Shown here: in pieces, positions 60,621-64,000 of the stretch | Position numbering within the stretch: the stretch's first letter is position 1 | Layout of the letters: each line of letters opens with the position of its first letter | Assembly (NCBI GenBank): GCA_046563655.1 | Contig: CM102283.1 | Coordinates: 5,022,001-5,086,000, forward strand | DNA from: Yuukianura sp. NJ FZ-2021 | Taxonomy: Eukaryota | DNA: 64,000 nt | Reading direction: 5' to 3' | Notes under the pieces: generated by a model | Database searches by the model: none | Told to the model about the DNA's origin: nothing | Seen by the model: only the letters and a program-made list of their open reading frames with translations | Program-made: the position numbers and the translations under genes

Positions 60621-61491
60621 AACGTCAAATTGTTCTCAAGTATACACAAAATTAGAATGCCCTTAAATCTGTTCATGTAAATGCACAATTATTCGGATGT
60701 AATCACCATTCTAAAAGATGTATGTGCAGTTGTTCTCCAGTATTCACAAATTTTAAAATAGCAACGTCCATTGTACAGCGTCAGAATAATTGCGCAATTC
60801 GACATTTATGTGCATCTACGTATAAGTGTGCACAAACTTGAACGTTGAGGGGCAGGGGTCAAATACAGCTTCCTTAAAATCAAACTCGGTTCAAATAGAT
60901 GCACCATGTGTTAAATTAAGTGTATAAGTTATAGAGTCAAATGTCACTTTTATTAAAATCGAAATTATAAAATGTTCTTGTACACGCAATTTTGAACCCT
61001 GTCATTCACTGTCTACATGTTACAAATTTAAGCCGGAATTTCTAATATTTAACTAGGCTTAATTTAACAACACAATGAAACTAACTGTCAGAAAATGACC
61101 AGATCAAAACTTCGTTGTGTAAATAAATTTTTAGTGTAATCGAAACCAAAACATTTCTGCGAGCCACGAAACTGCGGGTACGTAAATTAGCCGCTAACTT
61201 CTACGTTGTTAATATAACACTTTGAGTGCAATGCAGACCTAATGAGAACATTTGTGCCGTACAGAACCCCCCAACTGCGATGGGGCTGATGTTTCAGTGG
61301 AAAGGGTCCTGAAAAACGTGACAGACAGAAAAGTCGTATCAATAGTCTTCTTCAGCATGTCGTAGACATGCGTCTCCAGAAGACTAAAACTACTTAGTGA
61401 CGAATGAGTAAGTGACACTGTTCAATCTGTGTTACATGAGACTAATATGAAATTATATAAAATTTTATTAACATAAGACTTGGATCCCATC

Positions 61492-62490
61492 CCGGGTGGG
61501 AAACAACAAGGTAGGGCAATGCTCAAGGGTTGAGCATTGGTCTTCTGGAGGAGTTGGCAATTGATACGGCTTTTAGACCGGCTGTCCGCAAATCCGTTGA
61601 AGAAAAACGTTAAGAAACCGTTTTCACGAGATTTATGCAAAGAAACGTCGCTCATAATTTTCAGTGCAGATGTGGGACCTTTTTGTGCACAAGTGCACAA
61701 AAATGTGAAAAAACCGTTTGCATAAAAATGTTGTGCAAATTTAGCTCAGATTTCACTTTGTTCAGATGTTTTGATGCACAACGTTTTGTATCAAAGTGCT
61801 CTCAAGTATGCACAAAATCAGAATGGCCTTAAATCTGTTCATGTAAATGCACAATTATTCGCAGGTTATCACCATTATAAAAGCAGTATGTGCAGTGGTT
61901 CTCCAGTATGCACATATTTTGAAATATCAACGTTCATTTTCCATGGTCAAAATAACTGCGAAATTCGACATTTATGCACATCTACGTGTAACTACGTGTA
62001 AGTGTGCACAAAATTGAACGTTGAGGATCAGTGGTCAAATATAGCTTCTTTAAAATCAAAATCGGTTCAAATACTTGCACAATGTGTTAAATCAAGTGTA
62101 TAAGTAATAGAGTCGAATATCGCTTGTTAAAATCAAAATTATAAAAATTTCTTGCAAAGGTCAAATTTTAACCCTGTCATGTTTACATGTTACCAATTTA
62201 AGCCGGATTTTCTACCGTCTAATCAGTCTTAATTTAACAACGTAACTAAACATACTGCCAGAAAATGACCAGATCAAAACTCCGTTGTTTATAAATATTT
62301 TGAGTGCAATCGAAACTAAAACAGTTTTGCGGAGCCACGATACTGCGGGTACGTAAAGTAGCCGCCAACTTTTACGTTGTTAATTTAACACTTTGAGTGC
62401 AATGTAGACCTACTGAAAACTCTTGAGCCATACATAACCCCCGACTGCGATGGGGCTAATGTTTCAGTACAATGAGTCCTAAAAAACGTG

Positions 62491-62524
<34 letters not shown>

Positions 62525-62581
62525 AAAGTCGTATCAATAGTCTTCTTCAGCACGTCGTAGACGTGCGTCTCCAGAAGACTA
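61492..62581 (+). mobile_element. ~1.1-kb non-autonomous repeat, copy B (HINE/Helentron-like, tentative)
   Basis: Tandem paralog of copy A; (GACA)n at ~62490-62525; terminal AGTCTTCT..GCACGTC-GTA-GACGTGC..AGAAGACT followed by an A run. Confidence 0.6.
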
Positions 62582-63178
62582 AAAAAACGGGACGACAAAC
62601 ATGCGAAGTGAAATTACACAGAACAATATCAAAACTACTTTGTACTTTCACCTCGCCAACTTGTCCGTTTTTGCTCCCACACGGAAGAAGGGATTCAACT
62701 TTCTTGCTTTCAGTTTTAATTTGCCGTTTGAAGGTAAACCATCCGAATATGGGAATCAACCCACTGAACATGGCAGGAGTCATCCCTGTGGAAGACACCG
62801 AAATCGAGCGTCAAAGAAAATCTGTTCCGAAGAAAGGAAAATTTCAATGTCCGCATTGTTGCGATATGTAGCAAATGATCAGTTAGGGAGAGCAATTGAA
62901 AATGATTTTATGACTTTGATTTTATTTAGTTACTAAAAAAATACTTAATAGTGAGAAGTTGTTTTAAAGTGAAATTGAATTGAGTGACTGAATGAATGGA
63001 AGTGTAAGTAAAAGACTATGACTTGTATTCCTATGATTATGATATTGAGATGTTGTGTATTGAGTGTTTTGTTGACCGTTAGACGCTACAGTAACCTAAG
63101 GCTAAAAGTCGACGCTATGCCTATTTTAAGCTACACAGTAGACGCTATTCTAAAGTCTATGTTTTTGTTATTTCTAAA

Positions 63179-63585
63179 ATGTACAAAGTAAAAAGCCACA
63201 ACACGCATTGCCGAAAACGTCTTACACGAAAGTACACCCTTCAGCGCCATATTCAAAGCGTTCATAAATCCCAAAAGGGCAGGGGATTTTTAGAAACACA
63301 AATCGTTATGAAGACCCTGTTGGGGAAAGTGACTTGGATGGCAGTGATTCAACTGTCCCAGATAATACATCGCAAGACGAATCCGATCATACTGGGGATG
63401 AAGCCGACACAGAAGACTCCAACAACAAACAGTCGGATTCTATAGACGTAAACGACGAAACAGAACTGTCCATCGAAGGAATCAAATTAATTCAACATCT
63501 TTTAAGAAACGCTTTGGCTGGCTCACAGTCAGTTCTTAAAAACCTATTGTACACATTAATCTCGGAGGCTCAGCCTACACTTTAA
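63179..63585 (+). pseudogene. Degenerate C2H2 zinc-finger + acidic ORF fragment
   Basis: HCRKRLTRKYTLQRHIQSVH, followed in another frame by a D/E-rich stretch. A second partial finger (FQCPHC) lies at ~62840-62860. Confidence 0.3.
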
Positions 63586-64000
63586 ATACTTCACCTGTGT
63601 ACTGGAAAATATTCTACACGTTTCTACAACTATTTGCAGGTCGAAATGTATTAAAAGAAATTTTAAATCTACACTTTCTAACCCTTAAATAATATAATGA
63701 ATAAAAATAAACAAAAATAAATAACAATTATAAATAATAAAAAATAAAGTCAGTGCAATAGATATCAAACCGAAAATTGTATTAAATAGCAACAAAGCAC
63801 AATAAATTAAAAATTTAACTTAACTTTAACTTAAATTTAACTTTAGTACATATTGTTGTATTTTAGTACACTTTATTGCATTTTTTTTGCACTCTATTTC
63901 ACTTTATTGCACTGCATTGCACATTGTTTCACATTTTTCTCATACGCCCGTATTTAAAACACACCACCCACAGTGCAAATTGATTTTTCGGAATCATAAT

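Larger units (their letters stand above)
56390..61388 (+). mobile_element. ~1.1-kb non-autonomous repeat, copy A (HINE/Helentron-like, tentative), split by the non-LTR insertion
   Basis: 56390-56695 plus 60621-61388 align with 61492-62581; 3' GACA microsatellite and terminal hairpin. Confidence 0.6.

Overview
Eukaryotic genomic window, most likely from a hexapod or other arthropod (short GT-AG introns, dispersed TTAGG motifs, a divergent ionotropic-receptor-like fragment). The first ~18.4 kb is a block of retroelements, all on the minus strand. It holds three related LTR elements that encode Gag but no recognisable Pol. Copy 1 is intact, with near-identical LTRs and a TSD; copy 2 carries a nested LINE, which itself carries a nested tRNA-derived SINE; copy 3 is truncated. 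In all three, gag ends on a U-UUA-AAC slippery heptamer followed by a conserved H-type pseudoknot, predicting a -1 ribosomal frameshift into a long ORF2 that lacks protease, RT, RNase H and integrase motifs. At ~20.9-26.4 kb is a two-exon gene for a class-3 lipase + NACHT + ankyrin protein (NLR-like). A gene-dense block at 31-54 kb contains PRPF38A, TM2D2, a GT31 beta-1,3-glycosyltransferase, a wunen/PLPP lipid phosphate phosphatase with duplicated alternative exons, GRASP, an HMGB gene and anillin; a GG-terminal MITE lies just upstream of it and another within it. At 56.7-60.6 kb an intact CRE-like RLE non-LTR retrotransposon carrying an RFX-like winged-helix domain is inserted in one of two tandem HINE-like repeats. 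All calls were made by eye; no database searches were run.
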